A stretch of 64,000 bases of DNA from a virus: IMG/VR virus record IMGVR_UViG_3300045988_098456. One strand, 5' to 3'. A program made the translations under genes and the position numbers. This document shows, one piece after another, positions 7,951-15,724 of this stretch (position 1 is its first letter; every line of letters begins with the position of its first letter). The notes below the pieces were generated by a model that saw only the letters and a list, made by a program, of their open reading frames with translations, made no database searches and was not told where the DNA came from.

Positions 7951-8544
7951 ATGGAGCTTAGATTTGACTGGTGGCGTTGGCTCGTTACCATATTGGTAGG
8001 TTTCTTCATCATGCTGATGATGTACGGATGCCGGACAACAAGATATGTAGAAGTGGAAAAGGTGGTGCGAGACACTACTACTTACGCCCATTGGGACTCA
8101 ATTATCAACGAAAGGGTCAATCTTATTCGGGACAGCTTGCTATCTTATCATTGGGAGCAGACCGAAAAACAGGTTAAGGATTCCACATACATCAAGGATG
8201 ATGTCAAGACAAGGGTAGATGAGAGTGGTAAGGTGCTAGGTAAGGATTCTACTCATATAGAGATTAGATACAGGGACAGCAAGGAACTATCCAAGGTTCG
8301 TGATAGCCTTATTCATTATAAGGAGATAGCAGAGCGAGCGAGTATATATAAGGCTCAGAGGGATAGCCTAAATAGAGAATTGAGTATCGCCCAGACCAAA
8401 AAGGAATATATTGAGAAAGACTTGGAGGGATGGGATTTGTTCTATTGGAAATTCGGTATGATTTCCTTTTGGGTCGTTTCCTTAATGCTGGTTACAATGA
8501 TTTTCTTTCTCACGGTAAAATATAAGAAAAAGTTATTTTATTAG
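7951..8544 (+). CDS. spanin-like protein with N-terminal lipobox-like signal and C-terminal TM (u-spanin topology)
   Basis: Start taken at ATG 7951 (ORF track 7888). The N-terminus WLVTILVGFFIMLMMYGC has a Cys after the hydrophobic core. A charged helical middle is followed by the C-terminal TM FGMISFWVVSLMLVTMIFFL. Confidence 0.45.
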   Translation: MELRFDWWRWLVTILVGFFIMLMMYGCRTTRYVEVEKVVRDTTTYAHWDSIINERVNLIRDSLLSYHWEQTEKQVKDSTYIKDDVKTRVDESGKVLGKDSTHIEIRYRDSKELSKVRDSLIHYKEIAERASIYKAQRDSLNRELSIAQTKKEYIEKDLEGWDLFYWKFGMISFWVVSLMLVTMIFFLTVKYKKKLFY

Positions 8545-8600
8545 GTTGGTTTTTAGTTATTAAGGTTTTAGATTGGTTTAAGGTAACAACTTATGGAGAA

Positions 8601-8630
8601 GGGGAATGCGTGAGTATTCCCCTTTGTTTT
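8601..8630 (+). terminator. intrinsic terminator after the lysis cassette
   Basis: Stem ggggaat / attcccc with an 8-nt loop, followed by tttgtttt. Confidence 0.6.
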
Positions 8631-8931
8631 GCAGCTGAGAATATACTTCGGCAGAGCATTGCCGAATTGGGGAGTGGTAGCAAGTCACCCAAGCACTCGC
8701 AAGGGCGCAGCCACGTTAGTCACCCAACAATTCCTTGCAAGTAGCAAGGAAATATGCCAAGGTTGCTCTTTTTTTGTCTTGAAAATGCCTTAGAGTGTAA
8801 AATGTTAAAATTGCAAGCGGATTAATGTATTTATAGTTTTGTATACGTAACTAAAATTGTGTTATCTGTTAAAAATACGCAATCAGAGTAGAATAACACA
8901 TTAAATCCCTTGCAGTTTGAAAATAAATTAG

Positions 8932-8939
8932 TATCTTTG
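8932..8939 (+). promoter_or_regulatory. Bacteroidota-type -7 box (TATCTTTG)
   Basis: tatctttg sits in a 630-nt ORF-free region and starts a ~230-nt leader for the 9173 gene. Confidence 0.5.
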
Positions 8940-9012
8940 CAGCGTGCTTTGTTGGTGCTGACACGCTTACAAGAATCAATAAGATTTTCCGTGGCGAAAG
9001 CCATACCACGAT

Positions 9013-9074
9013 AATCCTTACCTAGATTTCGGTGTCAGACGAATGAAGGGTAAGGATTTCTTTTTAGAATCCTT
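9013..9074 (+). promoter_or_regulatory. attenuator-like alternative hairpins in the 5' leader
   Basis: Three segments are present: aatccttacc (9013..9022), ggtaaggatt (9049..9058) and gaatcctt (9067..9074). Segments 1:2 or 2:3 can pair, each followed by a U-run (tcttttt / gttttg). Confidence 0.35.
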
Positions 9075-9172
9075 GTTTTGAGTCGAAACATTCTTAGATT
9101 GCTCTAGGTTAGCAATGGGCAATAATTGTTGGAGTAGGCGAAACACAGATAAGTTAAACAAATAAGGAATTT

Positions 9173-10009
9173 ATGGGAAAGCATTATTTACATATACGTA
9201 TGGACTTGGTAAAGAAGTATACCTATGGTGCGTCATCGCAAGAAGTGAAAGCGCACAAGGAGACTCTTTGCTTTGCCATTTGGTGTAAGATGCAACGCAG
9301 AAATTCTGTAATATTTAACTTAACCATCAAGGATGTAAAGAAAAAACTCGGTGTAGGCTATCCAAAGGCAAGAAAATTGCTAAAGGATGTCAAGGAGGAT
9401 GGACTCTTTACAGAACTTGGTAACGGGCGATTTATCGTGAATACGTTCCGTGATAAAGAAAAGAAGCCCAATAAAAAGGGCGGTCGCTTCCAAGGGGCTT
9501 ACGTTTGTCGTATTCCTATTAGCAAGGACTATAAGCTAAAGGAGTTATATTCTATAGTCAACAATATTTTGTACACATCGGTTATTAGTGGTGCTCGTCA
9601 AGACTGTTTTAACGTTGGAAACAATAATTGTGCTTGGCATCAACTAACTACTAACTCGTTTGCAAAGGTTGTGAATATGGGACATGGCTCTATATGCAGA
9701 ATCAAGAAGAATCTTATCAGCAAAGGTAAGATTAAGTCCACGTATGCGGAAATGCACATGGCAGATGATAGAAACGAGGGAGAGGTGGAGCGAACATTGC
9801 AAAGGTTTGGTCGTAGGAACTTTACGTTTAACGTAGGCAACCTGCACTATTTAATCATACCTTGCTCTTACTCTTTTGGAGACCGAGAGACTTCTGTTGC
9901 TATCAAGCACAGAATCTATGGTTATAAATTGAAGGGACATGGTGCTTTTAAAAAAGGCACGAACAAATACTATAATGGATCAATAGGATTAACCAATATA
10001 CCTGATTAA
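9173..10009 (+). CDS. hypothetical protein with winged-helix-like segments (possible replication or regulatory protein)
   Basis: 278 aa. KKLGVGYPKARKLLKDVKEDGLFTELGNGRFIV and FAKVVNMGHGSICRIKKNLISKGKI look wHTH-like. No family recognised. Confidence 0.5.
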   Translation: MGKHYLHIRMDLVKKYTYGASSQEVKAHKETLCFAIWCKMQRRNSVIFNLTIKDVKKKLGVGYPKARKLLKDVKEDGLFTELGNGRFIVNTFRDKEKKPNKKGGRFQGAYVCRIPISKDYKLKELYSIVNNILYTSVISGARQDCFNVGNNNCAWHQLTTNSFAKVVNMGHGSICRIKKNLISKGKIKSTYAEMHMADDRNEGEVERTLQRFGRRNFTFNVGNLHYLIIPCSYSFGDRETSVAIKHRIYGYKLKGHGAFKKGTNKYYNGSIGLTNIPD

Positions 10010-10131
10010 AGGTCGAGTTCTATTTTGGACATTTTCATATTAGTAGTTAGTTGGAATATATATTTAGGGAGTCTTTAATAGGCTAACGTGTTCCTTATTA
10101 TATTACGTGTTATTATTATATATACGAGATT

Positions 10132-11124
10132 ATGAAGAAGTATGAATGTTATATAAGTTTAGCTGGTAATGTGTGTGGAGACAAAGGAAGTTATTATTAT
10201 GCGTTTGCCACATTTGAAGGAGAAAAAATGATTGATAGTGTCGCAACAAGTCGGAGTATTTTGGTATATCCTAAAAGTCGTTTTGTCCCGATTTTGACTA
10301 AGGCATTAAGAAAATGCAGAGGTGAGTTCCATGTGTATGTGTACTTACCAAAAGGCTATGATTTTGTAGAATTACCTAATGGTGAATACCAAATATCAGC
10401 TTCGTACTCCTGTTCCGAGATAACTGAGTACACTTATAAGTGCAGCGACAAAATAACAATAAAGAAGTTTGATGAAAAGAGTAAAAGATGTTTGGATATA
10501 CAACAAAAAGCAGAAGAAATAAGAGAAATTAACGAAAATAAAAAATTACACAAGTCAATAGCCAAAGAAATGAAGGCGAAAGATAAAAATAGCAAGAAAG
10601 ACTTGCGTAGGGAAAGATTAGTTCCGAACTATATTTGCTATACCGATGGAAGCTGCGATAATTATTCCACTCATAAGGCTGGCGGTTCGGCTTATATCGT
10701 TGTGAACACGGCTACTGGTGAGTTGGAAAAGGTTAAGACACATCATTGCTTGCATACGACCTCCAACAGAATGGAGATGTTGGCGATAATATCAGCCGTT
10801 AATTATTGCCCGAAAGGTTCTGTCGTCGAGGTTCGAAGTGATTCTAAGTACGCATTAAAGATGTTCCGCTATACAGATTGGGAAATAGGCGCAGATATAA
10901 AGAATCCAGACTTAATTAAGTTGTATCGTAAGTGTGCAAAGGATAAGCTTGTTGTTTTGACTTGGGTAAAGGGGCATAATGGTGATGATTTGAACGAGCA
11001 AGCGGATTGCTTGGCTTTTGGTGCATATGAGAAAGCATTAAAAGAGAATGGCTTACCAATGGCTCCTGAGAAGTATCTTGCTATGAGACGAGGCAAGCAG
11101 ACGGTGTTTGAAACAGATAATTAA
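10132..11124 (+). CDS. RNase H (type 1) fused to an unknown N-terminal domain
   Basis: 330 aa. The C-terminal half carries YTDGSC (D), RMEMLAI (E), VRSDSKY (D) and GHNGDDLNEQADCLA (D), the RNase HI DEDD pattern. Confidence 0.7.
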   Translation: MKKYECYISLAGNVCGDKGSYYYAFATFEGEKMIDSVATSRSILVYPKSRFVPILTKALRKCRGEFHVYVYLPKGYDFVELPNGEYQISASYSCSEITEYTYKCSDKITIKKFDEKSKRCLDIQQKAEEIREINENKKLHKSIAKEMKAKDKNSKKDLRRERLVPNYICYTDGSCDNYSTHKAGGSAYIVVNTATGELEKVKTHHCLHTTSNRMEMLAIISAVNYCPKGSVVEVRSDSKYALKMFRYTDWEIGADIKNPDLIKLYRKCAKDKLVVLTWVKGHNGDDLNEQADCLAFGAYEKALKENGLPMAPEKYLAMRRGKQTVFETDN

Positions 11125-11142
11125 AGATAAATTTGATTTATT

Positions 11143-11496
11143 ATGAAAGAGTTAGGTTTTGATAAGCTATACGTAAAGTTTAGCAATTTATATTGTGAGT
11201 ATCGTAGTAGAAAGCAATTCTTGAAGTGGTTGAAATCCGCAAAGAATCTTTCTGAAGATTTGTTTGAAGTAACGCCAAGTGGAGGTGGTTCGTTTTATGT
11301 TGTGTTGTCTTTTGAAGAGATAAAGGATTTATTTCCGATTATGGAAAACTCATTGCCTAAGTATGAAAACGATATAAAGCAAGTTTTGTTGGCCATAAAG
11401 GAAATGGGACAGCTTGAAGTTGCAAAGATATGGCATGAGGATGATTGGGGTGACGGCTTTGTAGAGGATTTTTGTAAAACCCATGATATTTCATGA
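11143..11496 (+). CDS. hypothetical protein
   Basis: 117-aa ORF. Its stop overlaps the start of the downstream MTase (ATGA). Confidence 0.55.
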   Translation: MKELGFDKLYVKFSNLYCEYRSRKQFLKWLKSAKNLSEDLFEVTPSGGGSFYVVLSFEEIKDLFPIMENSLPKYENDIKQVLLAIKEMGQLEVAKIWHEDDWGDGFVEDFCKTHDIS

Positions 11497-12542
11497 AGAT
11501 ACAGACATTTGAACTATGTGCCGGATATGATTCTCAACTGATGGCTTTGGAACGACTGAAGAAGAAACATTCTGATTTCGATTACGAGTGCATCGGATGG
11601 TCTGAGATAGAGCCAAGCGCAATAACCTTGCATAACGCTTGTTTTCCTAGTCTGTCCGGTAAGAACTTTGGTGATATGACCAAGATAGATTGGAGCAAGG
11701 TTGCTGATTTTGACTTGCTGACATATTCAACACCTTGCCAGTCTGTTTCGCAAGCTGGAAAGCAGGAAGGAATAGAGGAGGGAAGTAACACCCGTTCTTC
11801 TATCCTTTGGTTCACAAGAAACGCCATTATTACCAAGAGACCGAAATACCTATTGATGGAGAATGTTGAGGCTTTGGTTCAAACAAAGTTCATTGGGTTC
11901 TTTAATAAGTGGCGCAAGGAATTAGAATCCTACGGATATGTTAACTATGCTAAGGTGGTAAATGCAGCCGACTGCGGTGTTCCTCAGAACAGAAAGCGTG
12001 TCTTCATGCTCTCTATACGAAATGATGGTGATAAGATAGATTATCATTTTCCGAGAAAGACAAAGCTGAAGAAACATTTGGTAGATGTCTTGGAGGAAAA
12101 TGTGGACGAAAAGTACTTTATGAGCGATGCTCTGCTATGTAAAGAGAAATTTGTGTCAAATGAATGGAAAGAGCCTATGAGTGCAGCTATAAGAACTCGT
12201 TCTGAAGGGAAGTGGATAAAAGGCGAAAAGCATAGTCCAAATGTCGAGCTTGGAAAGAATATAGCCAATACCATTACATCTGCGAGCAAGGACTCCTTGG
12301 TTGTGCTTGGAGAGACAAGGTTGTGCATTAGGCGTTTGACTCCGAGAGAACTCTTCCGTTTGATGGACGTTGACGAAGAATACATAGACAAGATGCTTGA
12401 AAGTGGAGTGTCGAAGTCAAGTCTTCAAAAGGCTGCTGGAAATTCGATTGTTGTAGCTTGCATGGAGAGGATATTGGAGGAACTTTGGTTTTCTGAGAGT
12501 AATGTTAAGGTCGCTGATGATGGTCAGCTATGCTTATTTTAA
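11493..12542 (+). CDS. DNA (cytosine-5)-methyltransferase
   Basis: 349 aa. Motifs FELCAGYDS (I), TYSTPCQSVSQAG (IV, PC), LMENVEAL (VI), GVPQNRKRVF (VIII) and AGNSIVV (X). Confidence 0.85.
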   Translation: MKIQTFELCAGYDSQLMALERLKKKHSDFDYECIGWSEIEPSAITLHNACFPSLSGKNFGDMTKIDWSKVADFDLLTYSTPCQSVSQAGKQEGIEEGSNTRSSILWFTRNAIITKRPKYLLMENVEALVQTKFIGFFNKWRKELESYGYVNYAKVVNAADCGVPQNRKRVFMLSIRNDGDKIDYHFPRKTKLKKHLVDVLEENVDEKYFMSDALLCKEKFVSNEWKEPMSAAIRTRSEGKWIKGEKHSPNVELGKNIANTITSASKDSLVVLGETRLCIRRLTPRELFRLMDVDEEYIDKMLESGVSKSSLQKAAGNSIVVACMERILEELWFSESNVKVADDGQLCLF

Positions 12543-12823
12543 ATATTGACGATATGATGTTTTTAAATAGTAACGAGAAAAAGGAGAAAGCAAATGCTAT
12601 CTCATACAAGATAGATGAGTACATCTGGGGACGAAAGGATTTTGTTACCGATTGCCCCTATGGTGAGAAAGGCAGATACACCAATGCAATTAATAAAGTT
12701 GGTGATTTGGGGTGTAACACTTGCGAATGGCAGGAAAGACACAACCCAAGTGCGCAAGTTGTGATGTGCTCCCATCCAAAGGTGGAGAAGAGCGAAGTTA
12801 AGAAACTTTTTAAGGATTTATGA
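12530..12823 (+). CDS. hypothetical Cys-rich protein
   Basis: 97 aa containing CPYGEKG...GCNTCEW...MCSHP, a possible zinc-binding motif. Confidence 0.5.
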   Translation: MLILNIDDMMFLNSNEKKEKANAISYKIDEYIWGRKDFVTDCPYGEKGRYTNAINKVGDLGCNTCEWQERHNPSAQVVMCSHPKVEKSEVKKLFKDL

Positions 12824-13218
12824 TTATGGATAGGGAAAAATTAAAGAAAGATTACGAGAATGCTTGCAATGCTTACTTGGAGGCATTTTGTGAGAAGCAT
12901 GAGTTTTACGGATTGGATAATCCGGAGACATATTGGATTGATACAGGTGGAATAGCCAATTGCGGTGATTTAACTTTCGATATGGCTACTATTGTAACTG
13001 ATATTGACAAGGATGCTCCAGAAGAAGAGTTGTTGAAGTGGTACGATTATACTATTGAAGCTAGTGAGTTCAATTTGCCTGTTCCAAACTTCGACCATTG
13101 GCTTATGGGGTGTCCTATAACACCAAGTAAATGGTTCGAGAATATGCGAGCAAAGCGCAAGGAGTTTGAGGACTTGTTGAAACAAGAAAATGAAAGGCTG
13201 AAAAATGGAAAGAAGTAA
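12820..13218 (+). CDS. hypothetical protein
   Basis: 132-aa ORF with a 4-nt overlap with the upstream gene. Confidence 0.55.
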   Translation: MIMDREKLKKDYENACNAYLEAFCEKHEFYGLDNPETYWIDTGGIANCGDLTFDMATIVTDIDKDAPEEELLKWYDYTIEASEFNLPVPNFDHWLMGCPITPSKWFENMRAKRKEFEDLLKQENERLKNGKK

Positions 13219-13483
13219 TCTTTTTAATCATTTGTTGAGGATATATGATGAAGGTCTCAGTATGAAGACTACCGAGCTTGAATATGGTACACTTGAAGTT
13301 ACTGTAGAGAATCGAAGCCAAGACAAGAAAATTACATTCTTAGCAAAGGGCATGGAGGATGCCAAGCAGAAAGCAGCGGAATGGCATGTTGGACAAATGC
13401 TCTTGAATTGCGATGATTTCGAGGAGATTGTTATGTTTTTGGCTCAAAGAAAGAAACTTAAAAAGGAAATGTCAAATGGATAA
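13205..13483 (+). CDS. hypothetical protein
   Basis: 92-aa ORF overlapping the upstream gene, followed by a ~300-nt ORF-free AT-rich gap. Confidence 0.5.
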   Translation: MERSNLFNHLLRIYDEGLSMKTTELEYGTLEVTVENRSQDKKITFLAKGMEDAKQKAAEWHVGQMLLNCDDFEEIVMFLAQRKKLKKEMSNG

Positions 13484-13777
13484 GAATTTTAGAAGTTGTT
13501 TTTGTTGCGTCCATTTCTTGGTAATACAAAATACAAGTATAGGAAATATTTTGAAATGCAAGAAAGGTAGCACTACGAAAGTATAAGGGAAGAGAGTGAC
13601 AGAAATTGCTGCAATGTGCAAAAACTACAAAGCGTGTGGCACACGTTAAAGAACATGGTAAGACGAATTTAAGGATACAGGTGATAGTATCAAGAGTGTT
13701 TGAGAAAGAGAAAAATGTAAAAACTTTAAAATAAATGGTAGAAATCATATTAAATAATTAAAATACATTAATAAAAT

Positions 13778-13888
13778 AAAGAAACACATTAAAACGCTTG
13801 CATGTTTCAAATATTCTTTGTATCTTTGCATTGTAATTAAGAAATAAAGGTTATTAATTTGAAAAGGTGAGACACACCATAAAAACTG
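13778..13888 (+). repeat. promoter-leader module, copy B
   Basis: aaagaaacacattaaaacgcTTGCat..N..tTATCTTTGcattgtaattaagaaa..GGTGAGACACACCataaaaactg. The -7 box is at 13821..13828 and the leader box at 13866..13878. Confidence 0.7.
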
Positions 13889-14227
13889 GTGATAATGACA
13901 AAGAAAGAAATTTTAAAACAATGGCTTGATGAGCCGAAAGTGAAATATTGTGGCAGTTCAAATTTTACGTTAGGTTATGGTGATGGCTGGGATTGGGTTA
14001 AAGATACTCTACGACCAGCTATCACGAAGAATGCGATGTTCCTCAGATTCTTGGAGCATGGCTTCCGTGAGATAGAAGAGTTTCTGAAATCCAAGTCCGG
14101 AAAACCTAGCGAGGATGATTGCACATTATATTCCGTTGGGTACAAAGATGGAGTCAAGGATGCTATGATAGCAATAAAGAATAGATTTGAAAATTTAAAA
14201 TTCAAGTTTCAGAAGCCATTAGGTTAG
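13889..14227 (+). CDS. hypothetical protein
   Basis: 112-aa ORF (GTG 13889, or ATG 13895), first gene after module copy B. Its 3' end abuts the omega-RNA scaffold. Confidence 0.55.
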   Translation: MIMTKKEILKQWLDEPKVKYCGSSNFTLGYGDGWDWVKDTLRPAITKNAMFLRFLEHGFREIEEFLKSKSGKPSEDDCTLYSVGYKDGVKDAMIAIKNRFENLKFKFQKPLG

Positions 14228-14470
14228 AACGATTATCCATTCAATCGTCCGGAGCGGATTACCCTCAGCCTCGAATGGAATTGGGAGCTACGTTAGGGAT
14301 GAATGTATAGGCACGTCAGGATGTCCGTCCAAGTTCTGTCCTCTGCGGTTCGTGGTTAAAAGTGGCGAAAGCTGCGGTGCTGCGGACAAGAAACCACCCC
14401 ATAACATTGGCGATGGGCGCACAACCCCACTTTGGTGGGAGATTTATTTATTAATTTAAATTGATTTTTT
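14228..14470 (+). ncRNA. candidate IscB omega-RNA (HEARO-type) scaffold
   Basis: 243-nt ORF-free, locally GC-enriched gap directly 5' of iscB. Helices: 14229-14234/14243-14248, 14322-14327/14383-14388, and 14352-14357/14392-14397, which crosses the previous one (pseudoknot). GNRA hairpin at 14364-14373 and cccac-tttg-gtggg at 14426-14439. The boundaries are approximate. Confidence 0.6.
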
Positions 14471-15718
14471 ATGATTTACGTAAGGAGCAAGGATGGTAAG
14501 GCATTGATGCCAAGCGAGCGTGGAGGGAGGATAGGCTATCTTCTTCGCCACGGCAAGGCTCATGTAGTCAGCCGTGTTCCGTTTGTCGTTCAGTTGGATT
14601 ATGAGAGCACCACCTATACGCAGGAAGTGAGCCTTGGCATTGATGCTGGTTCAAAGCATATTGGCGTTTCAGCTAGTTCCGAGAAGAAGGAGCTGCTTGC
14701 AGCGCAGGTTGAGTTAAGAATTGATGTTGTGAACTTGCTATCTACTCGCAGGGAGTTGAGACGAACAAGGCGAAACCGCAAGACACGTTATCGCAAGTCT
14801 CGTTTTGACAATCGAAAGCGAAAGGATGGTTGGCTAGCACCCAGTGTTGAACAAAAGATTGAGAGTCACTTGAAGGTTATCCGCTTGGTTCATAAGTTAC
14901 TTCCAATTACGAAGACCACAATCGAGGTTGCTCAGTTTGATGCTCAGAAAATCAAGAATCCAGACATCAATGGTGAGGAGTATCAGCAGGGTGAACAAAT
15001 GGGATTTTGGAACGTGAGGGAGTACGTCTTGGCTAGGGATGGGAACAAGTGTGTTCATTGCAAGGGTAAGAGTAAAGACCCAATCTTGAATGTTCACCAC
15101 TTGGAGAGCCGGAAGACAGGTGGCAATTCCCCTAGTAATCTCGTTACTCTATGTGAGACTTGTCACAAGGCTTACCATCGTGGGGAGTTCGAGTTGAAAA
15201 TCAAGCGTAGAAATTCCTTGCGTGATGCAGCCGTTATGAATATTATGCGTTGGGCGGTCTATGAGCGAGCGAAGGAAGAATTTGAGAACGTTCACTTGAC
15301 TTATGGTTATGTAACCAAGCATACTCGCATAGAGAATGGTATTGCCAAGACCCATGCAGCCGATGCTTTCTGTATTGCTAAGAATATTAACGCAATGAGG
15401 TTGAGTACTTTCTTTATGTGCCGTTGTGTTCCTAGCCATACGAGAAGGTTGCACGTTGCCAACCCTAAGAAGGGCGGCATCCGCAGAAGCACGATAGCCT
15501 CTCATAAGATAGGTAAGTCCCGCTTTCAGCGTTTCGACATGGTGCGTTGGAAGGGTAAGGAATGCTTTATCTTTGGCAGCACGCATGGTAATGTTGTTTT
15601 GCGTAAAATTAATGGCGTAAAGGTGCATGAAACGCAAGCTGTGAGTGCCAAAACGATAAAGTTTTTAAAAAGAATTAGAAATAACATTTTAGTGGAAGTA
15701 AGGGCTTCCGAAAATTGA
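14471..15718 (+). CDS. iscB: IscB RNA-guided endonuclease (OMEGA family, Cas9 ancestor type)
   Basis: 415 aa. PLMP-type N-terminus (KDGKALMPSERGG), RuvC-I (LGIDAGSKHIGVS), Arg-rich bridge helix (RRELRRTRRNRKTRYRKSRFDNRKRK), RuvC-II (TIEVAQFD), HNH (CVHCKGK..NVHHLESRKTGGNSPSNLVTLCETCHKAYH) and RuvC-III (KTHAADAFCIA). Confidence 0.85.
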   Translation: MIYVRSKDGKALMPSERGGRIGYLLRHGKAHVVSRVPFVVQLDYESTTYTQEVSLGIDAGSKHIGVSASSEKKELLAAQVELRIDVVNLLSTRRELRRTRRNRKTRYRKSRFDNRKRKDGWLAPSVEQKIESHLKVIRLVHKLLPITKTTIEVAQFDAQKIKNPDINGEEYQQGEQMGFWNVREYVLARDGNKCVHCKGKSKDPILNVHHLESRKTGGNSPSNLVTLCETCHKAYHRGEFELKIKRRNSLRDAAVMNIMRWAVYERAKEEFENVHLTYGYVTKHTRIENGIAKTHAADAFCIAKNINAMRLSTFFMCRCVPSHTRRLHVANPKKGGIRRSTIASHKIGKSRFQRFDMVRWKGKECFIFGSTHGNVVLRKINGVKVHETQAVSAKTIKFLKRIRNNILVEVRASEN

Positions 15719-15724
15719 ATTATT

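Noticed and set aside
8601-8622. Shared 13-nt core ggggaatgcgtga in the terminators at 8601 and 41555 as a possible functional repeat.
   Set aside because: Both copies sit inside terminator stems. The most economical explanation is duplication of a terminator, not a separate element.
13632-13646. Near-palindrome gcgtgtggcacacgt as a possible operator.
   Set aside because: It has only 5-bp arms and occurs once, so this is not distinguishable from chance.
13458-13748. 96-aa minus-strand ORF in the gap between 13483 and the promoter module.
   Set aside because: It lies in an AT-rich intergenic region and would run against the flanking transcription. The translation is Phe/Leu/Ile-rich, as expected from AT-rich noncoding DNA.
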